Shown one piece after another: positions 1 through 10,397 of a DNA stretch of 64,000 nucleotides. Numbering within the stretch: position 1 is the first letter of the stretch; every line of letters begins with the position of its first letter. Location: contig CAWEHK010000018.1 in the NCBI GenBank assembly GCA_963808625.1, positions 140,640 to 204,639 of the forward strand. The letters run 5' to 3'. Below the pieces are notes generated by a model that saw only the letters and a list, made by a program, of their open reading frames with translations, was not told the origin of the DNA and did no database searches. Source of the DNA: an uncultured delta proteobacterium. Its GTDB lineage: Bacteria; Desulfobacterota; Syntrophobacteria; Syntrophobacterales; Syntrophobacteraceae. The position numbers and the translations under genes were made by a program.

Positions 1-1
1 G

Positions 2-737
2 CCGATAATCTCTTCGGCGAGGGCGGCGAAGGCCATCTGCAAGCGGTGGCTGTCACGCTTCAACAGCCTCCCGGATGCCTTCGTGGTGGAGGGACCGATG
101 GCCGGAGGACATCTTGGCTTCAATGCCGACCAGCTAAACAACCCCGACTTTAGCTCTGGAAAAGCTTGTCCCGGAAGTCGTGGCGGCGGTGATCCCGTTT
201 TGCGAAGAACATAATGTCGAGATCCCGGTGATCGCTGCGGGGGGAATCTACAGTGGGGCCGATATCCACCACTTTCTGCAGCTCGGAGCGGCGGGCGTCC
301 AGATGGCCACCCGCTTTGTTGCCACCCACGAATGTGATGCCGACATCCGGTTCAAGCAATCTTTCGTGGATGCCCAAAAGCAAGATCTGGTGATCATTGA
401 AAGCCCCGTGGGAATGCTGGGACGGGCAATTCGCAACCGGTTCATCGACGACGTGGAAGCGGGGCGAAACAAGCCCTTCAAGTGCCCCTATCACTGCATC
501 ACCTCCTGCAATTGCACGGACAGCCCTTACTGCATCGCTCTGGCCCTGGTCAATGCCAAAAGAGGGAACCTGAAACGCGGTTTCGCCTTCGCCGGCGAAA
601 ACGCTTACCGAGTCGATCGGATCATGTCCGTTAAGGAATTGATCTCGTCTCTGCTGGACGAGTACCGGAGGTTTTCCTACGGCCCTGCCGCAAGCCGGCA
701 GCCCGAGCAACTGCTGAGCGCTTCAGGCACGGGTTGA
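2..737 (+). CDS. Nitronate monooxygenase/FabK-like FMN-dependent oxidoreductase; 5'-partial, frameshift at ~152
   Basis: Frame from base 2 reads PIISSARAAKAICKRW...VVEGPMAGGHLGF. The 180..737 frame continues IPVIAAGGIYSG...GVQMATRFVATHECDA...AFAGENAYR. One extra base near 152 joins the two. Confidence 0.8.
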
Positions 738-829
738 AGGGCAGACAGGTGCGAAAGGCAGGGGACGGCACAATCAAGCCTTAAGGCAGATTAACCAGCC
801 TTGATGACTGGTGGGTCACAAAAAAGCAG

Positions 830-864
830 AAATCCCCCCTGCCCCCTTTAGAAAAGGGGGGATT
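830..864. repeat. Intergenic palindromic element (AAATCCCCCC...CCCTTT/AAAGGGGGGATT type)
   Basis: Hairpin between convergent genes; a similar copy is at 52401-52446. Confidence 0.55.
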
Positions 865-981
865 ATCAATGATCCCCTCTACCAATAGGGTTGCGCGTTC
901 ATCACAGCCATTTTCATGGTTTAGGGTGTCCCGAAGGGACATGAACAAATGCTTTGCTTGACACGTTAGCGCAAAAAACCG

Positions 982-1590
982 TCATTTCCCTTTCAGAAGC
1001 GTGACTCTGCCGTCTTCAAGGTCATATTTGGCGCCCACTATCTTCACCTTCCCCGCATCAGCCAGCTCTTTAATAACTTCCGATTGTGTGCTTAACGAGC
1101 GGCAGACCAACCTGATGTTGCCGTCGATGGCTGCCTCCACCAGTTCCGCCCCGTCCCTGCCGGCGCCTTCCTTTTCAGCCTGACTCACCGCCGGGGCGAT
1201 AGCTTCGAGAATGGCACCGATATTGCCCTCGTGCGGCTTCCCGCGGGCGGCAACGGCTGCGGTCACGGCCCCGCAACGCCCGTGTCCGAGAACCATGATC
1301 AGAGGAGAACCCAGGTGCTCGGCCGCATATTCAATGCTTCCCAGAACGATGGGATCGGGAACGTTGCCGGCGACCCTGACGACAAAGATCTCCCCCAGGC
1401 CCTGGTCGAAAATGATCTCGGGCGGGACGCGGGAGTCGGAACAACAAAGAATGATCGCATGGGGGCTCTGCCCCTTGGTTAGAGAATGACGGGTCGTCGC
1501 GTCACAAAGCTTCCGGCCGGTCATTTGATTGACAACATAGCGGTGATTTCCATCCAGCAGTTTCTGCAGTGATTCATCGGCGGTCATCAA
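982..1590 (-). CDS. Beta-class carbonic anhydrase
   Basis: CSDSRVPPEIIFD, RVAGN and GHGRCGAV zinc-site motifs. Confidence 0.93.
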   Translation of the reverse strand: MMTADESLQKLLDGNHRYVVNQMTGRKLCDATTRHSLTKGQSPHAIILCCSDSRVPPEIIFDQGLGEIFVVRVAGNVPDPIVLGSIEYAAEHLGSPLIMVLGHGRCGAVTAAVAARGKPHEGNIGAILEAIAPAVSQAEKEGAGRDGAELVEAAIDGNIRLVCRSLSTQSEVIKELADAGKVKIVGAKYDLEDGRVTLLKGK

Positions 1591-1706
1591 TTCGTCAACT
1601 CCTTCCTGATTCAGACAGATAATTGCTTTTCATCGTTCGAGAATGTCTTCCGCGGCATGACAACATCCATCGCTTTCGCGACCATCGAGCTTGATGGCCG
1701 GCTCCC

Positions 1707-3132
1707 TTAATTTTTGAATTGCATTGACTTGATTTCGAGGAATTCCTCCAGGCCGAATTTACCCAGTTCCCGCCCGTTGCCGGATTGCTTGTATCCGCCG
1801 AAGGGGGCGTATAGGTTGAACGGGCCGCCGTTGATGTCGACCTGACCGGTGCGCAGGCGGCGGGCCACCCGCTCGGCCCTTGCGGTATCGCCCGACCATA
1901 CTCCTCCCGCCAAACCGTAAATGGTATCGTTGGCGATGCGCACGGCATCGTCTTCATCGCTGAAGGTGATTATGGCCAGCACCGGCCCGAAGATCTCTTC
2001 TCTCGCTATGGTCATCCCGGGGTCCACACGACCGAAAACGGTCGGCTTCACATAATACCCCTTGTGCAGCCCGTCCGGCGCTTCCGGGCCACCCAGTGAG
2101 CAGTTCCGCCCCTTCCTCGATTCCCTTGCGGATGTAGCTTCTTACGCGATCCCGCTGAGCCGCCGAAACGAGGGGGCCGATTCTCGTCTTGTCGTCAAGA
2201 GGATCGCCCGGGACGAAGGTCTTGCAGATTTCCAGCACCAGGCCTTTGATCTCTTCGTAGCGGTTCTCCGGCACCAGCATCCGGGTGTGGGCGGTGCAGG
2301 TCTGGCCCGAGTTAAGAAAACAGGCGGCCAGGGTGCTCCTGACGGCGGAGGGCAGATCCGCGTCATCCAGAATGATCGAGGCCGATTTGCCCCCCAGTTC
2401 CAAAGCGACGCGCTTGACGGTCTCCGCAGCCAGCACCGACAGGCGTCTTCCCGTAGCCGTGGAGCCGGTGAAGGAGATCATGTCCACCTCCGGGTGGAGG
2501 GCGAGGGCTTCTCCCACAACCCCGCCGGGACCGCTGACGAGGTTGAAGACACCGTGCGGAAGGCCGGCTTCATCCGCTATTTCAGCCAGGATGAAGGCCG
2601 TAAGCGGCGCTTCCGAACTGGGCTTCAGGACCACGGTGCAGCCGGCGGCAAGGGCGGGCGCAACTTTCGCCACGGTCTGGTGAAGGGGGTAGTTCCAGGG
2701 AGTGATGCAGGCCGCCACGCCGATCGGTTCCCGAACGATCAGCGAGTTCCCGATCCGTTCCTCGAATTGGTAAGCGGCGACCAGCTTCGCGTAGCTCTCC
2801 ATCACCGCCGCCGGAAGACCGGCCTGGATACGCTGCGAAAGCTTAAAAGGCATGCCGACTTCTCCGGCCACGGTGCGTGCGATCTCGTCAGTCCGCGCGG
2901 CAAGTCCCTGGTGAAGCTTGCGTAGATATTCCGAACGCGTTTCCACGGGTGTCGAACCCCATTCGGTAAAGGCAGCGCGAGCGGCGGCAACGGCCCTGTC
3001 AACGTCTTCCCGGGTTCCGGCGGGAACCCGCCCCATGATCCCTTCGGTTGAGGCGTTGATGACCTCGATAAAAGACGAACTGCCGGCCGGCGTCCATTGG
3101 CCCCCGATGTAAAGCTTGTCGTAGATTACCAT
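1707..3132 (-). CDS. NAD(P)-dependent aldehyde dehydrogenase; frameshift at ~2095
   Basis: ITPWNYP, FTGST, LELGGKS and NSGQTC in 1954..3132; EEIFGPV and [13 protein letters not shown] in 1707..2051. One extra G separates the frames. Confidence 0.9.
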
Positions 3133-3396
3133 GCCAACCTCCAGCTGATAGGAAATTACTTTTCCGAGACTTGTCGATATCAGCCTCTGCGAAACCGGTC
3201 AAGGACATTTTCGGTGGAGTTTCCGTTGAATTGCGCGCAAATCACCATGGTACCGGGCTCCTGCTTGACGAATCAGCGGTCGGATTACACGTTCATTGGT
3301 GAGCCCCGTTTTTCTCGAGGGTCATAAAGGATTGGTCGCCAAAGGCAATCTGTATCAAAACATCAAACGCCCCTGCACCATCAGCCGGATGCTGAA

Positions 3397-4331
3397 TCAA
3401 TCCTCATCTTCTTCGTCCGGGTCATAGCGCTTTTTCCTGATCATGAGGCGAACGAAGGCCACTATCGTCAGGATCGCAGCCAGCAGGAACAGGAGTTCAT
3501 AAAGGTTCTGGCTGGCCCAAAGCAGCCACATGTTCTTGCTGCGCAACTCTTCCAGCCATTCATCCTCAAGGTTTTGGAGAGACTTTGAGGTCGCTCCGGA
3601 GATGGCTTGATCAATCGACAATCCTTCACGCAAATGCTGCAAGACCCTGAGAAGGCTCTCTTTGCCGTAACGGGCCACCAGATATTCAACAAACAGACGA
3701 CTTTCCACATACGCCTGGATGAGTGAATCCTTGTCTTTCGGGAAACTCACCGCCAGCTGCCGCAAGGGGATGGGATGACGCGCCGGATTGATCGCGCCGG
3801 CGGCAACTCCCTTGCCAACCAGGATTTCCCCCAGACTTCCGCTTACCCACTGGCAAATTCCCTCATCCAGCCATCGGGGAAGGAACATCCTCCTTGATGT
3901 GGTCATGAAGGAGAAGATGGCAGAGCTCATGTTCGAAGGTCTCGCGCAAAAGGTAGGGTTCGGAGACGGCGGGAGACAGATGAATGACAATGGAATGTTG
4001 CGAAGGGACCGCGAAAGCTGAGATCAGAGGATTCCCGCTCATTTTCTCGAAAGTCTCTCGATCTGCGACCAACAGCACCCGTGGGTGGCGAGCGGAACTT
4101 CCAGCCCAGAGTGTCCTCAACATGAGCCCTGATTTCGGGGTAGATCTGCTGGAGGTGCCTGGCCTGAACCCCTAGCGGCTCATCACCGGCAATGACGAGT
4201 TCTTCACTTCTCTCCTCTGCTCCCGGCAAGTCAATAGAAGTGAGAGCGCAGGCGATACAGGCAAGCAAAAAGAGCACCATTTTAGGTGCCTGTTTATTTG
4301 CCTCGGGGTGCTTTCCGCGGATCGTCCCCAT
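3397..4331 (-). CDS. Peptidase MA-like zinc metalloprotease, membrane-anchored; frameshifts at ~4079 and ~3889
   Basis: Three overlapping ORFs join into a signal-like N-terminus, HELCH (HExxH), PRWLDEG, AY..S..FV.YL and a C-terminal TM helix. Start may be 4280. Confidence 0.7.
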
Positions 4332-4365
4332 CAAAATCCTGCGAATACGGCTTATGAAAGGCTTC

Positions 4366-4809
4366 TCATGGGCTGGAAGTAGACCACTCCCGGGGCATTT
4401 TGAGGATTTGTTCGTAATGGCCGGTTTCAATTCCCGACATATAATGGACAATATCAAAGCTGCACAGGATGCCGATGGGGCGCCTCGGTCCTGCGTGCGG
4501 GTCGACGATAATCAGGTGCTCATACTTGGTCCGCTTCATGAGCTCGATCGCCTTTTCAATCGGCCATTGGGGATCCACCTCAATCCGGTAGGGCCGCATG
4601 ACATCCTCGGCGCGTGTTTGCTCCAGATCCTCTCCGTAAAACCGAATGACCGCCAGCCTCGTAACAATGCCCCAAACCTCACCGCTTTCATGCACCACTA
4701 CCACCGGGCGGAATTGATTGGCTTTCATCATCCGCACCACATCCTTCACGCTGTCGTCCGGATAGCAGAAGATAACATCACGATCCATAAGGTCACAAAC
4801 GCGCATCAT
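4366..4809 (-). CDS. CBS-domain protein
   Basis: CBS pair pattern (V.DLMDRDV, GIVT.., AIELM..HL.IVD, GIL..FDIV). Confidence 0.85.
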   Translation of the reverse strand: MMRVCDLMDRDVIFCYPDDSVKDVVRMMKANQFRPVVVVHESGEVWGIVTRLAVIRFYGEDLEQTRAEDVMRPYRIEVDPQWPIEKAIELMKRTKYEHLIIVDPHAGPRRPIGILCSFDIVHYMSGIETGHYEQILKMPREWSTSSP

Positions 4810-5210
4810 GACGGTTGCCTTTCTTCATCCCGCGCCATTCTGTCGACGATGTCTTCCACATGAAGCAACCCAAGGATGGCTTTGCTTCCGGGGCGGTCCG
4901 AAACCACAATCAGATGTTCGATCTTCCGTTTATCCATTAACTGAATGGCCTCCTTGAGCGGAGTGCTGGGGGTAATCGTGAAGGTATAGGGCACAAGAAT
5001 ATCCTTTGCTTTGGTTTGATCAAGGTCCCTGCCAAAGGCCTTCAGAATACTCCGGGCGGAAATGATCCCCATGACTTCGTGGTTTTGGTTCATCACCGTA
5101 CAATAGTGCGTTGAGTTCACCACCATGATTTGAGCCACATCCCTGATGCTGGTGTCTTCGCTGCAAGCCAAAGACCCTTTCTGCATCAGGCGCATCACCC
5201 TCTCTTCCAT
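4806..5210 (-). CDS. CBS-domain protein
   Basis: CBS pair pattern; its stop overlaps the next gene's start (ATGA). Confidence 0.85.
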   Translation of the reverse strand: MEERVMRLMQKGSLACSEDTSIRDVAQIMVVNSTHYCTVMNQNHEVMGIISARSILKAFGRDLDQTKAKDILVPYTFTITPSTPLKEAIQLMDKRKIEHLIVVSDRPGSKAILGLLHVEDIVDRMARDEERQPS

Positions 5211-5702
5211 TGCTTGCCTTTCCTATAATATTCTAGAAGTTCGCCCTAATTAAAAACACTCCGAGGTCAAAAGCAATGCCCTCGAAGCAAAAAAAGCCAA
5301 ACGCCCCGGTTCAGGCATTAAAGCGCTGCAGCTTTTCTCTGTGCAGTTGCAACAATTCCTCCCGCCCGATCTCATAACATTCTTTGCAAACATGAGCTAC
5401 CAGGAAGTCAACAATATCATGAATAATTGCACAAAAGCTTCGCTGCCAAGACTTTGATGCCTCCGGAATTGCAGACTTAGTGATGAAGAGCCTTGATCAC
5501 GCGCCACCAGCAAACCACTCTTTTACGAATCCATCAACGTTAACTTCAAGACACGTCCGAAAGAAACACAAGACCCTTTCGGTTTTTGACCTGACAGCGC
5601 CACAACAGGGTTTGGGGACCGGAAAAAAGTCTTGACACAATCCGCTCTCCTCCGACCGTATCATCTATACCTACATGGGGGTGCTGCAACCGAAGATGCG
5701 GA

Positions 5703-5819
5703 ATGCGAATTACTGTGGCGAGGCCGGAAATGCGGGTTTCCTTTGACCAGGACAAGTGCATTGCCTGTGAGCTCTGTGTCCCCGCATGTCCTTACAGGGC
5801 GGTAGAGATCATTTCTTGA
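5703..5819 (+). CDS. Tiny single-[4Fe-4S] ferredoxin-like ORF or gene remnant (38 aa; not in ORF track)
   Basis: Manual translation MRITVARPEMRVSFDQDKCIACELCVPACPYRAVEIIS* contains CxxCxxCxxxCP. Confidence 0.6.
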   Translation: MRITVARPEMRVSFDQDKCIACELCVPACPYRAVEIIS

Positions 5820-5903
5820 GACCCTCAGGATTTCGGAACGGAGATCGAAGGTATCGAAATCCGCTTTCCGAAATCCGTGAGTCATGCGCTGCATGGGACT
5901 CCA

Positions 5904-6197
5904 TCAGGCACTGAAATAATAGGGTGCTCCCATTTCTTCGAACGCAAAGTTAAGAAAAACGTGATGTCCGTCGATGTCCAGTATGCGCAGGTCGTCGGTT
6001 TGAGAGAGGTCGCCGGTGATCACCGAAAAATGGGTGCCGTACCGCTGTTTGACTTTCTCCAAAGGAACTTCATAAGCAATAAACTTTTTCATTCCTCTGG
6101 CCTTGAGCTTCTCTGCCAGCCGGGGTTCGCTCAGTGAATCGTAGGTCGTTAAGATGAGAATCGGCCCTGTTCCCGTGAAAATAATCCCTGCTTTCAT
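5904..6197 (-). CDS. Conserved hypothetical cytosolic protein
   Basis: Protein-like 97-aa ORF with AAGGAG RBS upstream. Confidence 0.75.
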   Translation of the reverse strand: MKAGIIFTGTGPILILTTYDSLSEPRLAEKLKARGMKKFIAYEVPLEKVKQRYGTHFSVITGDLSQTDDLRILDIDGHHVFLNFAFEEMGAPYYFSA

Positions 6198-6508
6198 CTC
6201 ATTGCTCCTTTCTCTGTTAGTTGATCACATGACTGACCCACCAACCATGCCGCCCTTTCCTGTATCGACTGCCACGTTCAGGAGCAAAACAAGAATCAAT
6301 TTGAAGACCTATCAGCTCACCGGATGAACTTTCGAGCTCGACAATGAAAATGATAAGCTTTTAGATTAACTCTATGACAGGATCGCCTTTTGTCAAGAAG
6401 CTTTGATACTATGACCAGGGCATCCGGATGCCCCGCTGCTCTTTGCGGCAAGGTTCCACATAACGGGCGTTTTGGAATCAGATTACTTGCGGAAAGGAGG
6501 ATAACACA

Positions 6509-7435
6509 ATGACCGACATCTTCTCCGACATCACCCTGACTGTAGGCAGGACTCCCCTGGTGAGGTTGAACGCGATTGCCGGCGGCCTGCAGGCGGAAAT
6601 TCTGGCTAAGCTCGAATTCCAGAACCCGCTCGGAAGCATCAAAGACCGCATCGGGGTAGCCATGATCCAGGCTGCCGAGGCACAGGGGCTCATTCAGCGC
6701 GACACCCTGATTGTTGAACCGACCAGCGGCAACACCGGTATTGCCCTGGCTTTTGTGTGCACGGTCAGAAAATACCGCCTTTTGTTAACCATGCCGGAAA
6801 CCATGAGCATGGAACGGAGGAAATTGCTCAAGCACCTCGGGGCCGAGGTCTTCCTCACGCCGGGAAGCGAGGGCATGAAAGGGGCTATCGGCAAGGCCCG
6901 GGAGATCGTCGCGCAGGACCCTCGTTCGTTCATGCCCGACCAGTTCGCCAATCCGGCAAATCCCGAAATCCATCGCCGCACCACTGCCGAGGAGATCTGG
7001 CAGGACACGCGCGGGGCCGTCGACATCCTGGTTGCCGGTGTGGGAACGGGGGGAACGATCACGGGTATCAGCGAAGTCATTAAACAGCGCAAGCCCTCTT
7101 TCCGGGCTGTTGCCGTGGAACCGGCCTCCTCCCCCGTGCTGTCCGGAGGCAAGGCCGGACCTCACAAGATCCAGGGAATCGGGGCAGGCTTCGTTCCCGC
7201 CGTCTTAAATACCCGCATCATCGATGAGATCATTGCCATCACCAACGATGAGGCTTTCGAGACCGCAAGGGCAGTAGCGAAAGCCGAAGGGATCCTCTGC
7301 GGGATTTCTTCAGGCGCCTCTGTCGCTGCGGCCCTTCAGCTGGCCGCGCGAACGGAAAACAAGGGCAAACTGATTGTAGTCATCCTGCCGAGCACCGGTG
7401 AGCGGTATTTGAGCACGGACCTTTTTCAGGAATAG
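6509..7435 (+). CDS. cysK: Cysteine synthase A
   Basis: [10 protein letters not shown] (PLP Lys), [34 protein letters not shown]. Confidence 0.95.
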   Translation: MTDIFSDITLTVGRTPLVRLNAIAGGLQAEILAKLEFQNPLGSIKDRIGVAMIQAAEAQGLIQRDTLIVEPTSGNTGIALAFVCTVRKYRLLLTMPETMSMERRKLLKHLGAEVFLTPGSEGMKGAIGKAREIVAQDPRSFMPDQFANPANPEIHRRTTAEEIWQDTRGAVDILVAGVGTGGTITGISEVIKQRKPSFRAVAVEPASSPVLSGGKAGPHKIQGIGAGFVPAVLNTRIIDEIIAITNDEAFETARAVAKAEGILCGISSGASVAAALQLAARTENKGKLIVVILPSTGERYLSTDLFQE

Positions 7436-7441
7436 CGTCTT

Positions 7442-8398
7442 TTAAGAATCCACCAGACAGAGCATCGCGCCCGTGAGGTTCTGTAGGATCTTGTTGGCAT
7501 GACTGCCCAGCAGAAAAGGCTTTCTTTCCTGAAAACTGCGCTTGCCGATGACGACCAACTGGTATTTGTTCGACTCAATCTCATTGAGCAGGTCGCGGGC
7601 AATGCCCTCTTTGGTGGTTTGAACAATCACGGTCACATTCTGCTCCGGCACACCCTTTTCAAGAAGCGATATACAGCCTTCGGCCATAAATTGTTCGGCT
7701 TTTTGGCGGTACTCGGAACGCCACTTTTCGACCCTGCCCTGGCGGTCTCTCTGCTCCGGTGGACTCAGGACGTGCCCGTCATCCCAGAACGCAGGGGGTA
7801 TCGGGGGCATCAGGTGGAAGAGGGTGTATTTCAATCCGGGAATGAGAGCAACGGACTCCGCCAGGTAAGTCGTTAAGGCACGCACATCGGCAGTGCCTTC
7901 CACGGGCACCAGCACTTTTCGCGATTCCCGAACCGGGGTGTCAACGATCCAAACCGAGTGGTGCTGCGCGTAATGCGCCACCTTGCTGGAAACACTCCCC
8001 AGGAGCAGGGTCTTTACCGGGCTCAGGCCGCGACGCCCCAGGGCAATAGTTCGCATCTTTCCGCTCTCGGCCTCAGTTTGAATATCGATCGCCGGATCAA
8101 CGCCGACCGCCTTCAGCTTAAATTCCATTCTGTTTTCAGGAAATCCGACTGCCAGGAGACGGCGGCGGCCTTCCTCGAAAATCATGCTTCCCAACCGTTC
8201 CTGATCAGCCGGCTTGAGCAGGCATTTTGCCTCCAGGCCGACACACAGTTCACCGGGTAACAGTCCCGACAGCTCCTGTACGCAATGGAAGAGGTACAGG
8301 TGCAAATCAGGATGGTCTTTGACAAGGTTTCCCACAATCGAGACCGCATCAAACCCTCTCTTCGACCCGTCAACTGCCACCAAAATCTTCTCTGCCAT
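7442..8398 (-). CDS. Tandem universal stress protein
   Basis: KILVAVDGS, LGRRG...LLGSVS and a second USP domain (IGKR...LLGSHA). Confidence 0.88.
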   Translation of the reverse strand: MAEKILVAVDGSKRGFDAVSIVGNLVKDHPDLHLYLFHCVQELSGLLPGELCVGLEAKCLLKPADQERLGSMIFEEGRRRLLAVGFPENRMEFKLKAVGVDPAIDIQTEAESGKMRTIALGRRGLSPVKTLLLGSVSSKVAHYAQHHSVWIVDTPVRESRKVLVPVEGTADVRALTTYLAESVALIPGLKYTLFHLMPPIPPAFWDDGHVLSPPEQRDRQGRVEKWRSEYRQKAEQFMAEGCISLLEKGVPEQNVTVIVQTTKEGIARDLLNEIESNKYQLVVIGKRSFQERKPFLLGSHANKILQNLTGAMLCLVDS

Positions 8399-8410
8399 GG
8401 CTGGCCTCCA

Positions 8411-10369
8411 TTACGGCGATGCACCCCGACCGCCGGGGCAGTCGGGCAAAAGTCCCCGGGAGAAGAAAGTGCCGATCTCATCTCTCTCGTGAACAACGCG
8501 ACAGGGGGGCAGGCTCTTGAGGAACATCTGACCATAGCTTTTGGTAAGCAGACGGACGTCGAATATGGCAATAACACCTCGATCTTGAGTAGAGCGAATG
8601 AGACGTCCCACTCCCTGTTTCAGCTGAATAATAGCCCTTGGAACCTGATAATGGAAGAAGGCATTCTTGCCTTGCTTGGCTAGATGGTCCATCCGGGCGG
8701 CAATCAGCGGGTCGTCCGGCACTTCGAAGGGGAGCTTGTCAATCAGCAGGCAACTCAAGGCCTCACCGGGAACGTCAACACCCTGCCAGAACGAACTGGT
8801 AGCGAGCAGGACCGAATCCACCTTCTCCTTGAATTCGGCCAGGAGAATGCGCTTTGGCTTCTGCCCTTGCATGAGCACGGTGAAGGGAAGATGATCCCGG
8901 AGCTCTTGATGGACTTCGTTCATGTTTCGATAACTGGTAAACAAAAGCAGGGCACGCCCTTGGCTTTTCATGAGAATTTGCAGGGCCTCGCGGGACAACT
9001 GCGAGCAAAAGCGAGGGTCCTGCGGCTCAGGGAACTGCGAAGGAATATATAAGAGCGACTGTCTTTCAAAGGAGAACGGTGACGAGAGCACTTTTTCTTT
9101 ACTCTCCGGCGGAACACCGAGGGCATCCCGGAAGAAGCTAAAAGCTCCACCGACCGACAGCGTGGCTGATGTGAAGACCGAAGAGGGTGTTTTGGCGAAT
9201 ATTTCCTCTTGCAGGATGGAGTCTATCCGAACCGGAGTACCATGAAGGAAAACGGCATGTTGATTCACTTCATACCAGTATACAAGGGATGGGTTGCGTT
9301 GTTCGAGGATGTCCCGAATCGCCGAGGCCGCTTCGAGACCGCGGTTTATCAACGATTCACAGAGCGGGTGCTGATCGACCGAGGGAGACAGGAGAGCACT
9401 CAGTTGTTCGAGAGCACCCACCGTCTGCTGTGGAATCACAGGAAACTCCTGCCCGACCCGGTCGAGAGCCAAAGGGTAGCGCCCGGGAGACTTGTGCAGG
9501 CGCTGAAACTGATGATGCAGTTGACGGCCCAACACCTCCAATTGCCTGGCGATGTTTCGAATCCCCTGGAGGTTGGCGGCATTTTTGAGTTCCTTTTGGC
9601 AACACCGGTCAAGATCGTGCACCAGTTCGGAAAGCCTGAGGTTGCTGAACTGCAGGCCGAAGTAGACCCCGACGATGTCTTCCAGTTGGTGGGCTTCGTC
9701 AAAAATAACGGCATCGTAGTGAGGGAGCACCCCTGCTCCTCTTTTTCGCAAGGCCAGATCGGCAAAAAAGAGATGGTGGTTGACCACCACCAGATCAGCC
9801 CGGGAGGCTTGGCCGCGAATCAGGCTGAGGAAACAGTGGGGTTGATCTTCGCATTTCTGTCCGAGACACTGATCACTGCTGGAACTCACTTCATTCCAAA
9901 ATTGATAGTGGTCGGGGAGCCATGGAATCTCCGAGCGGTCTCCGGTTTTCGTGCGGGTGGCCCAACTCTGGAAACGATGGAAAGATTTGGCTTCCTCCCG
10001 GTTCCAGAAGGTCGGCTGATAGGTGAAATCCTTGAACCGGCGCAAGCAGAGGTAATTTTTGCGCCCTTTCAGGCAGACCGCCTGCAATCGAGGAGAAATG
10101 ACTCTCTTGAGGACGGGAATGTCATGGTCCAGAATCTGGTCTTGCAGGGTTTTGGTGCCGGTGGAGACAATGGTCTTTTTCCCGCTCAGAATTGCCGGGA
10201 TAAGATAGGCCCAAGTCTTGCCGGTCCCGGTGCCTGCTTCGACCAGCAGGGGTGTGCCCCCGGTCAGGCAGTCGAACACCTCGCTGGCCATTTCCTGCTG
10301 TGAGGCCCGGAATTCGAAAGTAGGGATCTTGGTGGAGAGCAGTCCTTCAGGACCAAAATACCGCTGCAT
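8411..10369 (-). CDS. DinG/YoaA-family Fe-S ATP-dependent DNA helicase
   Basis: EAGTGTGKT, LKGRKNYLC, DEAH, SATL, GVDVPG, QGVGRLIRS. Confidence 0.93.
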   Translation of the reverse strand: MQRYFGPEGLLSTKIPTFEFRASQQEMASEVFDCLTGGTPLLVEAGTGTGKTWAYLIPAILSGKKTIVSTGTKTLQDQILDHDIPVLKRVISPRLQAVCLKGRKNYLCLRRFKDFTYQPTFWNREEAKSFHRFQSWATRTKTGDRSEIPWLPDHYQFWNEVSSSSDQCLGQKCEDQPHCFLSLIRGQASRADLVVVNHHLFFADLALRKRGAGVLPHYDAVIFDEAHQLEDIVGVYFGLQFSNLRLSELVHDLDRCCQKELKNAANLQGIRNIARQLEVLGRQLHHQFQRLHKSPGRYPLALDRVGQEFPVIPQQTVGALEQLSALLSPSVDQHPLCESLINRGLEAASAIRDILEQRNPSLVYWYEVNQHAVFLHGTPVRIDSILQEEIFAKTPSSVFTSATLSVGGAFSFFRDALGVPPESKEKVLSSPFSFERQSLLYIPSQFPEPQDPRFCSQLSREALQILMKSQGRALLLFTSYRNMNEVHQELRDHLPFTVLMQGQKPKRILLAEFKEKVDSVLLATSSFWQGVDVPGEALSCLLIDKLPFEVPDDPLIAARMDHLAKQGKNAFFHYQVPRAIIQLKQGVGRLIRSTQDRGVIAIFDVRLLTKSYGQMFLKSLPPCRVVHERDEIGTFFSRGLLPDCPGGRGASP

Positions 10370-10397
10370 GGTTCAGCTTTCGGGGAAGCGCCCGTGG

